Of a DNA stretch of 64,000 bases, positions 62,617 through 64,000 are shown one piece after another. The stretch is from Pseudomonadota bacterium (GTDB taxonomy: Bacteria > Desulfobacterota > Desulfobulbia > Desulfobulbales > Desulfocapsaceae). Location: positions 26,586 to 90,585 of the forward strand of contig JAZDOW010000027.1 in the NCBI GenBank assembly GCA_043798185.1, written 5' to 3'. Below the pieces are notes generated by a model. That model had not been told where the DNA came from. It made no database searches and worked only from the letters and a program-made list of their open reading frames with translations. The position numbers and the translations under genes were made by a program. Position 1 is the first letter of the stretch. Each line of letters starts with the position of its first letter.

Positions 62617-63753
62617 TCATTTTTTCCAATGCTGTCTGAAAAAATCCTCAAGGAAGCTTTTTCTCCAGCCATCGGTTTGCCTGAGTTGATGGGATGTTTC
62701 CGCCTTTTTGTCGTTAAACGTGGTTACGAGCATTTTTAGTTCAGCGACGTTACCGATCAATCCGGGTGCAATGCCCAGTAATCCAGCCTTGAGAGTGATC
62801 AGGTTGTTGAGTTTTTCCAGGGCCTCTCGGTCGACTTGGCTGAGTCTGGTCGGCCGCTCAAGAGAAGGGTAAGTATCCGCAGGTTGACTGAGGGTTGTTT
62901 CAATAACAGCAGCAATAATCTTCCCGTATTTTGAGATGGCATTGTCTGACAGACCACACCGGAATTTAAGCTCATCGAGTGTTGTGGGTTTTTGTTTGGC
63001 AAGGTCGATAAGGAGAGGATCTTTGATTATATGTCCGCGGGGGCGGTCAATTTGTCTGGCCATGCCGTCCCGCCATGTTGAAAGATTCTTAAGGATTGCC
63101 ATACCCGATTGGTCGAGAGCATTGCTGCCGCGGATTTTCAGATACCGTTCGTCGGCAGGCGGTCCGCTATAGGTGGCGGGATTGTTCAGCAGATTCAGCT
63201 CCTCCTGCAGCCAGGATTTGATTTTCGGACCGATGATTCGGTTGAGCAGGAGAATTCTCGCTGCCCGCAGATAGCGGACATCGTCAAGGGCGTAGCGCAC
63301 CTGTTCGTCGGTCAAAGGGCGTTGACACCAGTTGGTGCGGGTCTCGTCCTTTGCCAGTTCAATGTCGAGCAACTCTTTTATTAAATTGCCGAGGGAGAGA
63401 GTTGCGGGAAGGCTGCAAAAACCTGCGGCGAGCCTGGTATCAAATATATTTTGGGGAGTGGCACCTGTAGCTCTCTGGAGGATTGCCAGATCTTGGGGAG
63501 CATCATGGAGGATTTTTATCACTCCTCGATCGGAAAGCAGTTGTCCCAGTGCCTGGAGGTTTTTGATGGCGAGAGGGTCGATCAGATAACAATTTTCATC
63601 TGACAATGCTATTTGAATGAGGCCAAGTTGTGGGTAATAGGTTCGTTCCCAAACAAACTCGGTATCCAGTGCGACGGCGTCGTTTTGTTTAGCATTGGCA
63701 ACAAGAATTTCTAAATCGGCCTCGTTTTGAATCAGAGTATTAAGCTTTTCCAT
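62617..63753 (-). CDS. rnd: Ribonuclease D (DEDDy exonuclease plus HRDC)
   Basis: ALDTEFVWERTYYPQLGLIQ, FDTRLAA, YALDDV, HRDC domain, GWR end. Confidence 0.93.
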   Translation of the reverse strand: MEKLNTLIQNEADLEILVANAKQNDAVALDTEFVWERTYYPQLGLIQIALSDENCYLIDPLAIKNLQALGQLLSDRGVIKILHDAPQDLAILQRATGATPQNIFDTRLAAGFCSLPATLSLGNLIKELLDIELAKDETRTNWCQRPLTDEQVRYALDDVRYLRAARILLLNRIIGPKIKSWLQEELNLLNNPATYSGPPADERYLKIRGSNALDQSGMAILKNLSTWRDGMARQIDRPRGHIIKDPLLIDLAKQKPTTLDELKFRCGLSDNAISKYGKIIAAVIETTLSQPADTYPSLERPTRLSQVDREALEKLNNLITLKAGLLGIAPGLIGNVAELKMLVTTFNDKKAETSHQLRQTDGWRKSFLEDFFRQHWKK

Positions 63754-63776
63754 GGTAGTAGATGCGTAGTTAATTC

Positions 63777-63853
63777 GTCACTCACAAAAAATATTTGCAC
63801 GTTTTTTGCGAAGATTTTTTGATAAGTGGCTTATCCCGTTTATCGGGGTTGGG
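63777..63853. repeat. Dispersed ~75-bp structured repeat, copy 2
   Basis: About 80% identical by eye to 15151-15225; ends 23 nt upstream of the rnd start. Confidence 0.8.
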
Positions 63854-64000
63854 AGCGAAGTAAAATCTTTATGGCACTTGATGCCTTATTGTATTTGCTG
63901 TGTTGCCGGTTGCGGCTCGTGGCTTTATCCCGGGTACGCATTGAATAAAAAGACACAAAGGACAAGAAAAAACAAGAAATATTCTTCTTTTAGGGTGTTT

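Noticed and set aside
63872-63886. TGGCACTTGATGCC as a sigma54 promoter
   Set aside because: GG and GC spacing does not fit -24/-12 and no downstream gene is visible

Overview
Core-genome window from what appears to be a sulfate-reducing Desulfobacterota (Desulfocapsaceae/Desulfobulbaceae-like; inferred from gene content and protein style). I found no rRNA, tRNA, CRISPR array, phage or transposase. The left half (1-31 kb) is housekeeping: class II RNR, hemB, DUF4390-ntrY-ntrX, prfC, rfbBC, icd, dacB, a radical SAM gene, TPR/LolB-like lipoproteins, tmk, pdxA and the ffh-rpsP-khpA-rimM-trmD-rplS-rnhB-yraN operon. The right half (32-62.5 kb) is a ~30 kb short-chain acyl-CoA / methylmalonyl-CoA cluster. 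It contains an MFS transporter, acs, prpE, sucCD, a transcarboxylase-type module, mce-scpA-meaB, a Na+-pumping mmdADCB decarboxylase, acuI and a malonyl-CoA decarboxylase. Best leads: (1) a candidate acyl-CoA-sensing lysine acylation circuit, made of a GNAT fused to a CoA-transferase domain whose catalytic Glu is Gln, plus an HDAC and an AcuB-like protein, with acs/prpE as targets; (2) a 13-bp palindrome GTAACAnTGTTAC seen six times, defining a putative regulon of two paralogous TetRs; (3) an M50 pseudo-protease; (4) a small soluble MmdD-like subunit; (5) a ~75-bp structured repeat present twice, 48 kb apart. All family calls come from motif recognition by eye; no searches were run.
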